The position numbers and the translations under genes are program-made. DNA of 57,675 nucleotides, counting the filler, from Porpidia crustulata (Eukaryota), in assembly GCA_964255105.1 (NCBI GenBank). It is 6 parts of 6 records of this genome, joined end to end, with 100 filler letters (N's around TTAATTAATTAA, not from the genome) between each part and the next. Parts side by side here need not be neighbours in the genome. Positions count along the whole stretch, not along the records: positions 1 to 9,536 come from CAXUWE010000928.1; positions 9,637 to 19,172 come from CAXUWE010000929.1; 4 more parts are not named here. The stretch is one strand, 5' to 3'. Of the stretch, positions 1 through 10,720 are shown piece after piece. Each line of letters begins with the position of its first letter. Position 1 is the stretch's first letter. Below the pieces are notes generated by a model. The model worked only from the letters and a program-made list of their open reading frames with translations, ran no database searches and was not told where the DNA came from.

Positions 1-1091
1 GGGGCGGCCTCGTCGCGTTCGATGGTGGCTTCGAGGTATTCGTCCATGTCGTCGAGGTCGCCGTCGGCGTCTTGGTCGTTGTCGTCGTCCGGTTCGGCTG
101 GGTCTTCGCTTTCACGGGCCACGCGGTCGAGGTCGAGGTATTCGTATTTGCTTTCGCCTTCGCACTCGTCGTCGAGGCGGCAGAGGCGTTCGACTTCTTC
201 TTCGACGGCTTCGATGGTGCGGTTGCTGACGCGCTTCCGGAAGCGTCGTTTGCGGGCCCAACGCATTGGAGGGGTCAGACCGTGCGCGTATTGCCATGTC
301 TTCTCGTCGACTTCTCGAGGTAAGGGGTATGTTGACGCCTGTTCCTCGTTCTCGGCAAGACCCAGCACTAGTAGCATCTGGCAAATGTCCACGCTCTTCC
401 ACCAGCCTCTCCGATCCCAGCTCTTCATTCCCTCAACGATACACGGCAGGTCAACCATGGACGCTGCGTACATATGACCTCGGATTGTAACGGTTGCTCT
501 TCGCCCATCTGGCCTCAGAAATTTCATCCTCACGTCCGCACCCCCTTCGGATCTGAGGCCCCATCTCTTTTCCTCAATTGCTGTCCGCAGATACTCGCAA
601 TCGTCGCCCGGCTGCATGCGAAGCACAAAGTCTTCTTCAATAGCCGGATCATCTTCTCGATCTGACGCTTCGCTGTCGTAACCTACGCCCAAGGGACGGA
701 CAGGTTTCTGGCCCTTGAATTTTGCATGCACGTAAGGTTTAGTTGTAGATGGAGCGCGGTTTATCAACTTGATTCTCGGAACCTTGGGGGCTGAACCAGA
801 CGGAGCGTCTAGGTCCTCTTCATTGTCACTAATAGTTGAGGCAGCAAGATCGCGCTTTTTGGCAGTAGGCTTGGTAGTTCGAGCAGGCTTGTCCTGCTTT
901 GTTTTTCGCGGCGCTTTTGTTTTGGGTACTACAGAAGGAGAAGCTGATTCAGTGGGTTGATTTGAAGGCGCTGCCTTGCTGTTGCCGAACTTGAGCGTTA
1001 TTTTGGGTCCTGCTATTGAGGGGCTGTCGGCCGGTGCTGGAGTGCTAGGTTGAGAGGTGAGCTTGAGTTTAAGAGTTGGACGCTGCGACAT
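1..1091 (-). CDS. TAF7: TFIID subunit TAF7 (TAFII55_N domain), 3' end runs off the window
   Basis: Absent from the ORF track because there is no stop in the window. Manual translation from ATG 1091 gives MSQRPTLKLKL...GYDSEASDREDDPAIEEDFVLRM...YAASMVDLPCIVEGMKSWDRRGWWKSVDICQMLLV...WQYAHGLTPPMRWARKRRFRKR, which carries the TAF7 signature motifs. Confidence 0.93.
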   Translation of the reverse strand, partial: MSQRPTLKLKLTSQPSTPAPADSPSIAGPKITLKFGNSKAAPSNQPTESASPSVVPKTKAPRKTKQDKPARTTKPTAKKRDLAASTISDNEEDLDAPSGSAPKVPRIKLINRAPSTTKPYVHAKFKGQKPVRPLGVGYDSEASDREDDPAIEEDFVLRMQPGDDCEYLRTAIEEKRWGLRSEGGADVRMKFLRPDGRRATVTIRGHMYAASMVDLPCIVEGMKSWDRRGWWKSVDICQMLLVLGLAENEEQASTYPLPREVDEKTWQYAHGLTPPMRWARKRRFRKRVSNRTIEAVEEEVERLCRLDDECEGESKYEYLDLDRVARESEDPAEPDDDNDQDADGDLDDMDEYLEATIERDEAA

Positions 1092-1382
1092 TCTGAATTG
1101 TTGGGGGGGTTCTTTGGAGTGCTCCTCGATTCAGAGCAGCTCATAAGCGCTCGACAAGATGGTGGAAACTATGAACGACAAAGTAAAGCATGTGCTTTGT
1201 ATTAAAAATCTGCGCTAGCACTACGTATATAATTCCATACACAAGACCTTCCACCATAACATATCAATAATGAAGGTAATTCACTCAGCAAAGTATGAAG
1301 TATCAGTAGACGCAGGGTGTTGCTACTCGCAATGAAGAAAGCAAGGCGCGGGCCATGATTGAGTATCCTCTGAGCAACTATA

Positions 1383-2092
1383 ATGTCATCTCATGCTCTT
1401 TATACCTCACTCCTTCGTCTTCCAGTCCTTCACATTCTTCGTGCTGCTGGGTTCCACGCAACCCGTCCGGCAGTCTTAGACACTCTCGTCGATCTGGCAG
1501 CTCGATACCTTACTCTATTAGCTGCTAATACGGCTTCTCATGCCACTCTCAATCACAACGACGTCACTCCTACAATCATGGATATACGTATGGCGTTGCA
1601 GGATGTGGGCGCGCTATGGCCTCAGGTTAGCGTTATGGAAGAGCAATCTAGAGGCGAAGAAGACATGCGGGGCATGCAAGCATTCATTGAATGGATGGAA
1701 GGGGATGTCAATAGGGAGATGCGCAGGATTGCGGGTTTAGGCAAGGCAGAGGGTGAAGTTCTTGGTGTTGGAGCTACTGCAGAAAATCAAGACTTCTTGA
1801 CTGGTAAATTCCTGATTGCAGATCCTGTTGCGATCAATGAATCTGATTCAATCTGCCCGCAGCGCTCAAGAAAAAGCATAGCAAGACGGGCGAAGAATCA
1901 AGATATCAAGGTACAGTTCTAGGAAAGTCAGCCGACGAGAAGGATGTTACAATCGAAGGTGGCCATGTTGAGAGCATCCAAGCATGGGAGATACGTCTTC
2001 GAGAGCGGGAACTCGCTGCGAAACCCAACGTGATACGAGAGCTGAGCTCCGCCATTGTCAGTGCCGAGAGTAGCCCGTTGTCGGAAATATGA
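1383..2092 (+). CDS. Bromodomain-associated (Bromo_TP) histone-fold protein, TAF3-like TFIID subunit
   Basis: Histone-fold N-terminus LLRLPVLHILRAAGFHATRPAVLDTLVDLAARYL. Intron 1804-1862 (GTAAAT...CAG); exon 2 continues ALKKKHSKTGEESRYQGTVLGK to TGA at 2090-2092. Confidence 0.8.
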
Positions 2093-2631
2093 GTTATGAA
2101 GTCAAAATTCTACGGTCACGAAGTATGACAATCAAATTTGCTTCATGATTGCTTTAATCTCTCTAAGGTGTTCTCTTAAGAAGTTAATTCTGTCACGATG
2201 GCGTTCGCAAGAGATTATCGAAAAGCTCTGATCTAGAGTATCCTTTATATCTCTTTGATGGAGATGCGATCATGGTATATGGTTTGTGGTAAAGCTTCTA
2301 TATTAGGCAGTCGTTGATCGACGCTCCGCATACTCCTTTGTGCTCAGCAAAGTTCCGATGACAATGCTGCATATCAAAAACGGAGGAAGTTTCGCAATCC
2401 TGGTCTAAGTCTTTCGATCGGTGCACTTTGTCATCTTCGACTATTCCCTAGTACTGATTCGAGACACTTCGGACCTCATTTCTCCGGATCAAAATTATAA
2501 GATTTGGATATCATTGCTAGCGACAATGGTTGTTCCGATAGTGAGTCGGCCCTTGGAGGAAGGCGATTTGATTGTCCTCAGCACCGATCAGGCTATGGAC
2601 CTCAACTTGCCCAGTAAAACTCGATCGGACG

Positions 2632-3177
2632 CTATTCACCGAACACTATTACACGGATCACCTGTTTCCGGCCAACCCAGACTTTGCCACCAAGATGCGG
2701 TCTCGGCTTCACGCATTCATCCACGAGTTCTACCGCTTTCGCTTGCAGGTCTATTATCGACAAGGTATCATGATCATCCTCTTTTCCAACATCGATAGAG
2801 ATCATGCAAGTATTCGACAAGAAGAGAACAGGTACACTGAAATCAGCTTCAGGATCTTCAGTGTGGCGATTGAAGTTCTTGGTTGCACGTGGATCTTTCA
2901 CATCTTTGCCAATATTCCATATTGCGTTGACGCAGTCGATATAAGTGGCGGGTTTGTAAATAGGCATTGAAGGTTGATCATAACAATCGACTTCATATTT
3001 GTCGTGTGCGAGGCCGCCAGGGGCTTGGGAGGATGTGTTGAGTATATCTGGTAGTGCGCTGCCAGAAATCCGATTGACGGCTTTTCCTGGCTGGTCCCCA
3101 CCGAAAGAAGGTAATAGTAAAGGACTGGTAAGGACCAACAGAAAGAACACCGCAATGAGCACCAAGCTGTTCATCAT
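2632..3177 (-). CDS. Small secreted cysteine-containing protein of unknown function
   Basis: 181-aa ORF with a hydrophobic signal peptide (MMNSLVLIAVFFLLVLTSP) and four Cys in the mature part. A 3' intron extending the CDS to about 2495 is possible. Confidence 0.65.
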   Translation of the reverse strand: MMNSLVLIAVFFLLVLTSPLLLPSFGGDQPGKAVNRISGSALPDILNTSSQAPGGLAHDKYEVDCYDQPSMPIYKPATYIDCVNAIWNIGKDVKDPRATKNFNRHTEDPEADFSVPVLFLSNTCMISIDVGKEDDHDTLSIIDLQAKAVELVDECVKPRPHLGGKVWVGRKQVIRVIVFGE

Positions 3178-4022
3178 ACTGCCCTGTTGTGATGGAATCA
3201 GAACAATATGGTTGGCAATATCTTAGGTAGGAATTCTTGTGGGTTTTCAATTAACATGAGGGGACGATTGAGACGTCGCCTGTGTTTGCCGTGCGTGGGC
3301 CAGGTGGTGACACAATGTAGATGCGAGAAGCGTGGGTTTCATCTGGCTGCGGTTCTTTGAATGTGATAGCGCATCAACCCTTTCCGCGAGAGCACAAGAT
3401 TGACATTGTTCCAAAGATAAAAATGGAGACGGGGGTTTACATGCGACATGAGCAGTATCCGACAATCTGATGCAAGACAATTTGGAATGCGTGCATACCC
3501 TCCCCTCGTCATATGGAAGTGTCGGTCATGGTAGGACTCAAGATGAGTACGGTCAAATCTATTTACATGGGAACACATTCTATGATACAGTTAAATTAAA
3601 AATGAGACTGCCTTAGTCTAGCGTAGATCACACCAGAATCAGTCTCATTTTCATTTTCAATGGCGTGGTCGCGATATGCTGTAGAGATCTCAATAAATCC
3701 TAAAAATCATGGCAAATTCGAGCAGTCTTTGAAAAATTCGCCGTTTCTTGTCCATCGGAAGGCGATGCGTAGATCAGAGGAGATACATCTAATTCTTCGC
3801 TGTCTCGAGTACCAAGGATATCTACCTTGATGAACCTGCGCTAGATATGCTCCTAATATGATCGTTCGCTCCTATCATGTATTCGATCAACGACTGGGCC
3901 AAATGACCTTGTATTTCCAAAGAATTGTGCAACTTCTCTGTGCCTCGACTTGTCAAGCAAGATCGCCTTTTGGCGACCTTCTTGATTGATGATTTAACTT
4001 GCAGTCCATCCTGAAATCTGTC

Positions 4023-5521
4023 ATGCCTTTTGCTTTTCAACTACCGACAACATCCTCGATTTCCTTTACATCATTCCTGAATAGCTCCACTCATCCATCT
4101 TTGCCTTTCGCTACAAATACATATCGTGGCGTACTCCGACACGCCTTGAAAGAGCACAAACGCCTTCCTATCCAATCCAGAAATGCGAATTTGAACAACC
4201 TGATTTCGACCCTCAATGACTATCTATCTTATGTTCTGGCTCTCGATGCTGGCTTGAGTGGTCGTTCAATTTCGGGTGAGGAAATCGATGTCACACTCGA
4301 ACGAGAAATCGAGGTAGAATGGCGGACTTGCCTCACGGCGAGTCTGCTAGGCCGTGAAGCTCCTAGGATCAAAGGCAGGGGGCTGGATTATGAGATATGC
4401 TTTGCTCTCCACACCCTCGCATGTACCTGTACCCTTTCTGCTCGAGCGCAGCTTCTCACAATATATGCCTCGACTACTTTAACGAATGATCGACGAACAT
4501 TGGCCATTACGACTGCTATCAAGTACCTCCTACAAGCTAACTCGATCCATAACTATGCCCTGTCACGCAATGAGGAGGTTAACGCGCTTTCTATAGCTGT
4601 GGAAACTGTTTCCTCTGTGCAGGGTGGGCTTGCTGCTCTAGCTCTTGCCGAAGCCACGCTTTTAGCGGTGCTCAAAGATGATCCATATCCGTCTGCGGTC
4701 GCTCAAGATCGAAGCAAAGATGATAAAGAGTGGATGATCAAAGCCCCGGAAATTCCGAGAGTACGCGCTACCTTGTTTGCAAGATTATGTTTGGCCGCTG
4801 CAGAGCACGCTGGAAAAGCAGAAGCTTTGTTGAAGACACCGGAGGCTGAACGACCAAATCAAGTGGATGACTCTCTTATGAAGTACACAGATGATCTGAA
4901 GAAGACCTCCAAGGCGAAAGCATGTCGATTCTTTGCTCTTGGCGCGGAGCTCAACGGGGAGACTGGCCAAGGTATTGCTTGGTTAGTCGGTGGCAAAAAA
5001 TCCCTAGGCTTAGAGGGTACGCAAGGTGAAGGTTCAAGATTCAAGGGGCTAGCGAAATTCAAAAAGGACTGGACGGAGAGGAAGGAAGACAGGAAGATTG
5101 AAAAAGGTAAGGATTGGGGTGGGGATGCTGGGAGGTTGGAAGAAGCACGGATTATTGAGATGCTACTCAAAAAATGGAACAAGATGAATGACACTGTAAT
5201 GAATCCCGATGCGCTTTTGTTCATCTATGTATTCTCTGACCTGGGTCTCAGATCAACACCCAACTGATACCTCCATGTGACCCACTTCTAGCCAATATGC
5301 CGTCAGGTCGAGATATCCACATAGCCAGTCCCTATATCCTACCAACTTTAGACGCAGATATTCTAGCACGTATGCGCGCACCGCCGGAGCCTAGTGAGTC
5401 TGCGACAGCAGCAAGAAATGGTGATAGCAGTAGCGACGAAAGCATTGAAGCGAATAATGCGATTCCAGGGGCTTTTCCTGGGCAACCTCCCACAAACCCA
5501 GATAGAGGCGATTACTATTGA
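4023..5521 (+). CDS. palC: pH-response signalling protein PalC (Bro1-like domain)
   Basis: MPFAFQLPTTSSISF...HPSLP...RGVLRHALKEHKRLP; ALAEATLLAVLKDDPY; WMIKAPEIPRVRATLFARLC. Intron 5196-5251; C-terminus MPSGRDIH...GDYY. Confidence 0.92.
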
Positions 5522-5849
5522 CGTTTCCAGAGATTATGTACCACTCGATGGCCGGAATTTTGATACCCGTTTTGCACAAGCTCGTAAAATGGAAGCAGAA
5601 GAGACGTCAACCCCAAGCCGATCGAAGAACAGTCACGATATGTGGGACAACCAGAGGAGGAGCGATAGCGCTAGCGTATGCATATTGGTAATGAGGCTGG
5701 GATTGAGCCTTCGATTTTCTCGATTATGAAATTCCTTGTAATGATTGCCATCAAACGTTAGGGTATGCGTCCCTTACTCCTTTACATGCAAGTGACCCCT
5801 ATATAGCGGCTAATATCCTCTTCCCCAAGCTGTCCAGCTCCTCAAATGA

Positions 5850-6256
5850 TCACTCCTCGCTCTTCGGGAAGTAATTCTGCTGTTCAAACAGATACCCCGT
5901 AACCTTGCCCTCCTTCAATGCCCGAAAGTATCGCTCTGCCATACCCATCAGCGCAGCTCTGGCCCCCGTGAACCCCCCTGCCTTGTCCCACAACCGAATC
6001 ACCCAAATCGACAAACAAGAGGAACTTTACCTCTCAACTTCCCGCACTTCTCCAAATGATTGACTCCTTCCCTGTAGTAGCATTTCCCGAGCTCCTCCCT
6101 GATCAGCCGCGCCATCATGTTCTTCACCCATTGCTCCCGTAATATCGAGTCTTGGGCGGCTTTCAGAGCTTTTGTGTCATCGTAATCGACTCCGTCGAAG
6201 GTGGGAGGGACCTTGGGCTTCTTAGCGAGGAAGCTAGCGGATTCGGGTGTGGGCAT
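5850..6256 (-). CDS. Mitochondrial complex I 12 kDa subunit (NDUFB10/PDSW family)
   Basis: MPTPESASFLAKKPKVPPTFDGVDYDD...REQWVKNMMARLIREELGKCYYREGVNHLEKC. Intron 5936-6030; exon 2 ERYFRALKEGKVTGYLFEQQNYFPKSEE*. Confidence 0.9.
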
Positions 6257-6576
6257 CTCGGCGGCGGGACAGGGCGTCTGCGGAAGAAGGTGGGTGGTGA
6301 GCACACCGGATGATGAAAAGCGCTTGGAAACACCCGGTGCCGTGGGCGGAGAGGTGATCTGACGGGCGACGATGTATTGGAGACACTCGGTGGTTGAGAT
6401 GTGGACGAGCTTACGGATTAGGTTGAAGTTAGCGGTACTTTTATACGCTAGTGACGTTAAGTTTACACGAAACGTCATTTCGTGCTTTTGAAGACAGCAG
6501 TCTTCGTCACACCGCTATATTTCTCAGCACCAGTAATAGATCTCTGTTGGAGCGGCCAGAGGTCAGTTCGCGCGCG

Positions 6577-8703
6577 ATGGCCCCAGAGTTATTCGAGTAT
6601 TCCTGCAAGAATTGTTTCGCACTTGCCTTTATCTATATCAATGAGTGGATTCAGATATCAAATACCTATTCGACTTTCGAAGATGATTCGTTGTACACAG
6701 AATCTTTGATTGAACGTGCGGGGCCAAATCGGCGTGGATCTCAGAACTCGGTGCTTGAGAATTGCAATCTTTCGCCATTACGATGTATTCAATGCCACGC
6801 GGGCTTAGGATCCTACTGTTTTGGGGGGCCTGATGATAAAAAACAATATATGTGAGCTTGTAGAATTTCATACTCCTTCAATTTACGAAATCCAATTTTG
6901 GAAGTCTGTGTTTTCTATAGAAAGCTTAATTCTTCTTCCAAATTCGCTCTTACTTCTCTCATGATCTACGGCAGAGCCCAATCACTGACTACGACGCGTA
7001 GAGGACGAAGCTTCCTGAAGCTTGCAAGCCTAACCGTGGTATCCAAAAAATCCGGAAAGACGGTTCAGCCTAATATCAAGAAGCTGGATCATGTTCCCAC
7101 ACTTAAGAAAGCTTCCACAGCTATGATAGACGCAAATGACCATCTCAATCCTTTATCGTACAGGACTTCAGTAAATCATGCCAATCATCGAGATGCTGGG
7201 CAATCAGAAACATCTTCAAATGAGATATTGAGTCTCCTTGGCGAGCAAAGAAAGGATATTAATCGTATCGTAAACTGTGTCGAGGAACTTCAGGCCCAAA
7301 TTCTTACTGTTCAGAACGAACATCAGGATTTGCAGAGGAACAGAAAGGCCCTAGGTCAAATTTCGTCGACCAATTTTGACTTTTCAGAAGAGATCGGAAT
7401 ATTGACCGAGAACGTCTCCACCATAGGCGGAAAGGTCAACGAGATTGATGGGTTCAAACTTGAATTAAAAATGATGAAGCGTCGTATTCAGCGCCTAGAA
7501 GATGGGAACATGTCAACTCAATCCACTCACACAGTCACTGGTCTCACCCAAGACACTCCACGAGCCACCTTCGCAAAGATGACAGGGTCACTCGCACGAC
7601 GACCAATATCCGTAGGAAAAGGCGCACCCCATCACGACGATGAAAACAATATCATAGGACCAGCTGCTGCAAACGACAAGATGGACTTGTCGCTACCGAT
7701 TCTATCCGCGGTGAAGGATCGGAGGAAATTTGGAGAGGTAAGTCTCCAACGACAAAATATCAATCAGACCAAAGGAGTTCCTGAAGTTCAAGATCCTCCG
7801 GATTTGAGTAAGCTAGGTGCTGGGCGTAGCATTATGGCAACAAATCCAGTACTCCCACATTCAGAGATTACTAGAGAAGAGCGCGATCCCACCCTCGATG
7901 GCATAAATCCGGTCATGTCCGCAAAAGCCTTACAAGGCCTACGGAATCTAGCCAAACTACCTTCGCGGCCCACTTCCGGTATATTTCTTAATAATCATCA
8001 AATGATCCCTCGCTCCGATTCTGAGGACAACGACTACGATCCAAACTCAGAGCAAGAGACCACGCCTCGCAAGGGTCAACTTCGCAATAGCAATCGAATC
8101 CGTGGATCTGGCCACGGTCATCGTCGCAGCGCACCCATCAGGCTTCCTACACCTGAATGGGAAAAGCCTGACTGGGTTGGCCCACCAGGTGAATCGACAA
8201 GTGCGATCCGAGGCCGAGGTATTATGCGTCGGGGCGTCAGTGGGAGGAATCGGGTTGCAGAGCCAGATCCCAAACGTCGAAAGACAACATCCAATGACCC
8301 GGATCTGCAGAACGATTCACACGTAAATGATAGCGAAGTTCCATCAGTGGCTCAAGAAAGTAGACCTTTCAAGACTCCAACAATTGGGAAACGATCAAAG
8401 AAAGTCCTACCTGCGCACCCTAGATCAAAGAAGCATGGACAGTCAAATGCAAGATCGACTGAACGTGAAAGAGACGAGCACGGTCATTTGTTAAAACGCG
8501 ATGGAAAAATCGACGGTCGGACACTAAGAGCACTCAAACTGAAGAAAGACAATGATACTACGGAAGCAGATCCAAAAGTAGTAATAGACGATGATGACCG
8601 TGGAGAACGGTCGGAAGCTGAAAGAGAAGTAGTAGTAACAGCATCCACTAAGGACAAGGCACCGAAGACTAAGAAGCGGTCACAAGAGAGAGCCAGTAAC
8701 TAA
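6577..8703 (+). CDS. Hypothetical protein: Yippee/Mis18-like zinc-binding domain, coiled coil and disordered tail
   Basis: Exon 1 has CKNC...CIQCHAGLG. Intron about 6852-7001 joins in frame to GRSFLKL in the 601-aa ORF, followed by a heptad-rich segment. The 3' end is uncertain (possible extra exon to about 8800). Confidence 0.65.
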
Positions 8704-9536
8704 TTAACAGGTCTCAGCGAAGCAGAGAGGTATTTCTTGAAGCCAAACAATCAGGGTATGAGTAATAAACGAGTGATCAAGAGTGCCACGAATGCCGAAT
8801 AACCTCACAAATGGCTGATCAAGTGAATATGACCATCTAAGAAATGTAAATGAGGCTCTAGCGATGGCTGGACACCACACAAGATCACGACATGGGGTAG
8901 CGAGACGACCTAATGTGCATGCGGAGGGACAATGCGAGGTTTCTTGCCGGATTGATAGGTTCTGCTGCCAAGTGAACTCCAATTGGACGAACAAAGGTTG
9001 ATTCAACCTTTGCATACTACAGCGTACGATGCAAACCGACGTCTTGCCGAAGACATGCTTGTTCTAGGACCAGAGGTAGGATTTCTCCTCTCCGCGCACT
9101 CTCTGTGCATGCTTGTTGGGTAGCGAGGCATCTCACGCGATGTATTCTTCCCCGCCTTGAACACAACGGCTCGTTACAGGCTCCCTCCGCAATCCAGCAA
9201 TGTCCAGCAATTCGGCTAGCATCATCTACCGAGGTCATGAAGCTGTCAGGACTTTTGTACAAGTAGCGATCCTTCCAGTAAGATCCACGGCTGCACTCCC
9301 ACTCCCACTCCCGTCTTGGCTCTCACAGCGGCGAAGTCTCGGCATGTCGAGTTCGTATTAGAAGAAAAATGAAGATCCTCGCGACATCTGCATCAATGCC
9401 CTAAGGTGGGGTACCGCTTTACTTGAACAAAACAGTTGACAGCGCTTACGGAGAATCTCTCCCAATTTGCCACGCCTTATACTTATACTACGCTACCCCC
9501 AAGGGGGGTGGGGGGGGGGGTGCGGCCCGCGCGCGG

Positions 9537-9636
9537 NNNNNNNNNNNNNNNNNNNNNNNNNNNNNNNNNNNNNNNNNNNNTTAATTAATTAANNNNNNNN
9601 NNNNNNNNNNNNNNNNNNNNNNNNNNNNNNNNNNNN
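9537..9636. other. Artificial contig spacer N44-TTAATTAATTAA-N44
   Basis: 100-nt spacer whose linker gives stops in all six frames. Confidence 0.98.
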
Positions 9637-10126
9637 CACATCCAGCGTCGGCGGCCACGACCTCATCATCCTCATCTCCGCCTGCGACGACCGCACCATC
9701 CGCTGGTGGGACCTCCGTTCCCGCACTCCCGCCCATTCATACTCCCTCGCCGCCCCCGTCGGCAGCTGCGAGCTCGACTCCTTCAGCAGCACGCCCTCCC
9801 TCTCCGTCGCCGCCGGCAAAACCGCCTACTTCTTCTCCGGCACCGCCCCCGGCCAGCTCCTCAAATCCGTGCGGTTCGAAACCGAGATCGCCAGTGTCGC
9901 GCTGCACGCGGAACAGCGCAAGTTCGTGACGGGCGGAGCCGGGGACACGTGGGTGCGGGTGTACGACTTTGACGGCGAGGGCGAGCTGGAGGTGCACAAG
10001 GGACACCACGGGCCGATTTGGAGCGTGAGCTTCGCGCCGGATGGGAAGCTCTACGCCACTGGTAGTGAGGACGGGACGCTTAAGCTGTGGAAGTTTTGCT
10101 CCGAGCCGTACGGACTGTGGAGGTGA
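9637..10126 (+). CDS. WD40 protein, STRAP/UNRIP-like; 5' end truncated by contig edge
   Basis: Open frame from the contig start: ...ACDDRTIRWWDLRS...FVTGGAGDTWVRVYDF...ELEVHKGHHGPIWSVSFAPDGKLYATGSEDGTLKLWKF. Confidence 0.85.
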
Positions 10127-10720
10127 TGGGGATGGGGGATCTGCGGGTGGTTCATTGAAGGCGAGCCGAACATATGCAAAACATTGAAGGGAGGTTGCTT
10201 CAAAATTTGGTAGTTGGGGGAATCGCTTCGGGGCTTGTTCAGGGAACGTTTTTGTTGAATACTTCTTTGATGATACCCAATATGTATCGCGACCGATGCA
10301 TTTCAGAGACATCTATGGTGGCGGGAATAGGCAGGAGGCTTTGCGGAATCGGTTGGGGGTGTACATAAACAGAACAACCGATCCCTTATGAATGAATATC
10401 AAGAGAGGATTTTAATACATCATCATCGCTCTATCAGTCCGAGATCCGAGACAATTGAACGTACCGAAAAAACGTTCGAGACGATTTTGCTGTGAGTGGG
10501 AAAGTAGTCCTGCATATCCATGCAATGTTCGAAAATAGAAAACATCAAGTACCATCTTGAAAACCCCAGACCTTAAATCGCAAACACCACGTTTACATCC
10601 AGACTGACCATCCACCTCCTACAACGGACTTCCCCGTGGTGGTGACGTTTACACGCATACTGTCCATCCATGCCCTGCAACGAACTTCCTCATGGTGGTG
10701 ACGGAGGCCTCCTCGCTCCT

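Noticed and set aside
22..960. Plus-strand ORFs (151 aa, 83 aa and others) and similar antisense ORFs over STRAP-like, Yra1-like, cti6, RIM15 and FCP1
   Set aside because: Shadow ORFs of real genes on the opposite strand, caused by codon bias.
8704..9262. Minus-strand ORFs of 103 and 81 aa
   Set aside because: Non-ATG starts, no recognisable domain and no splice support.
9496..9536. G-run, G-quadruplex-like tract at the contig end
   Set aside because: Homopolymer at an assembly break; its length is unreliable and its context is missing.
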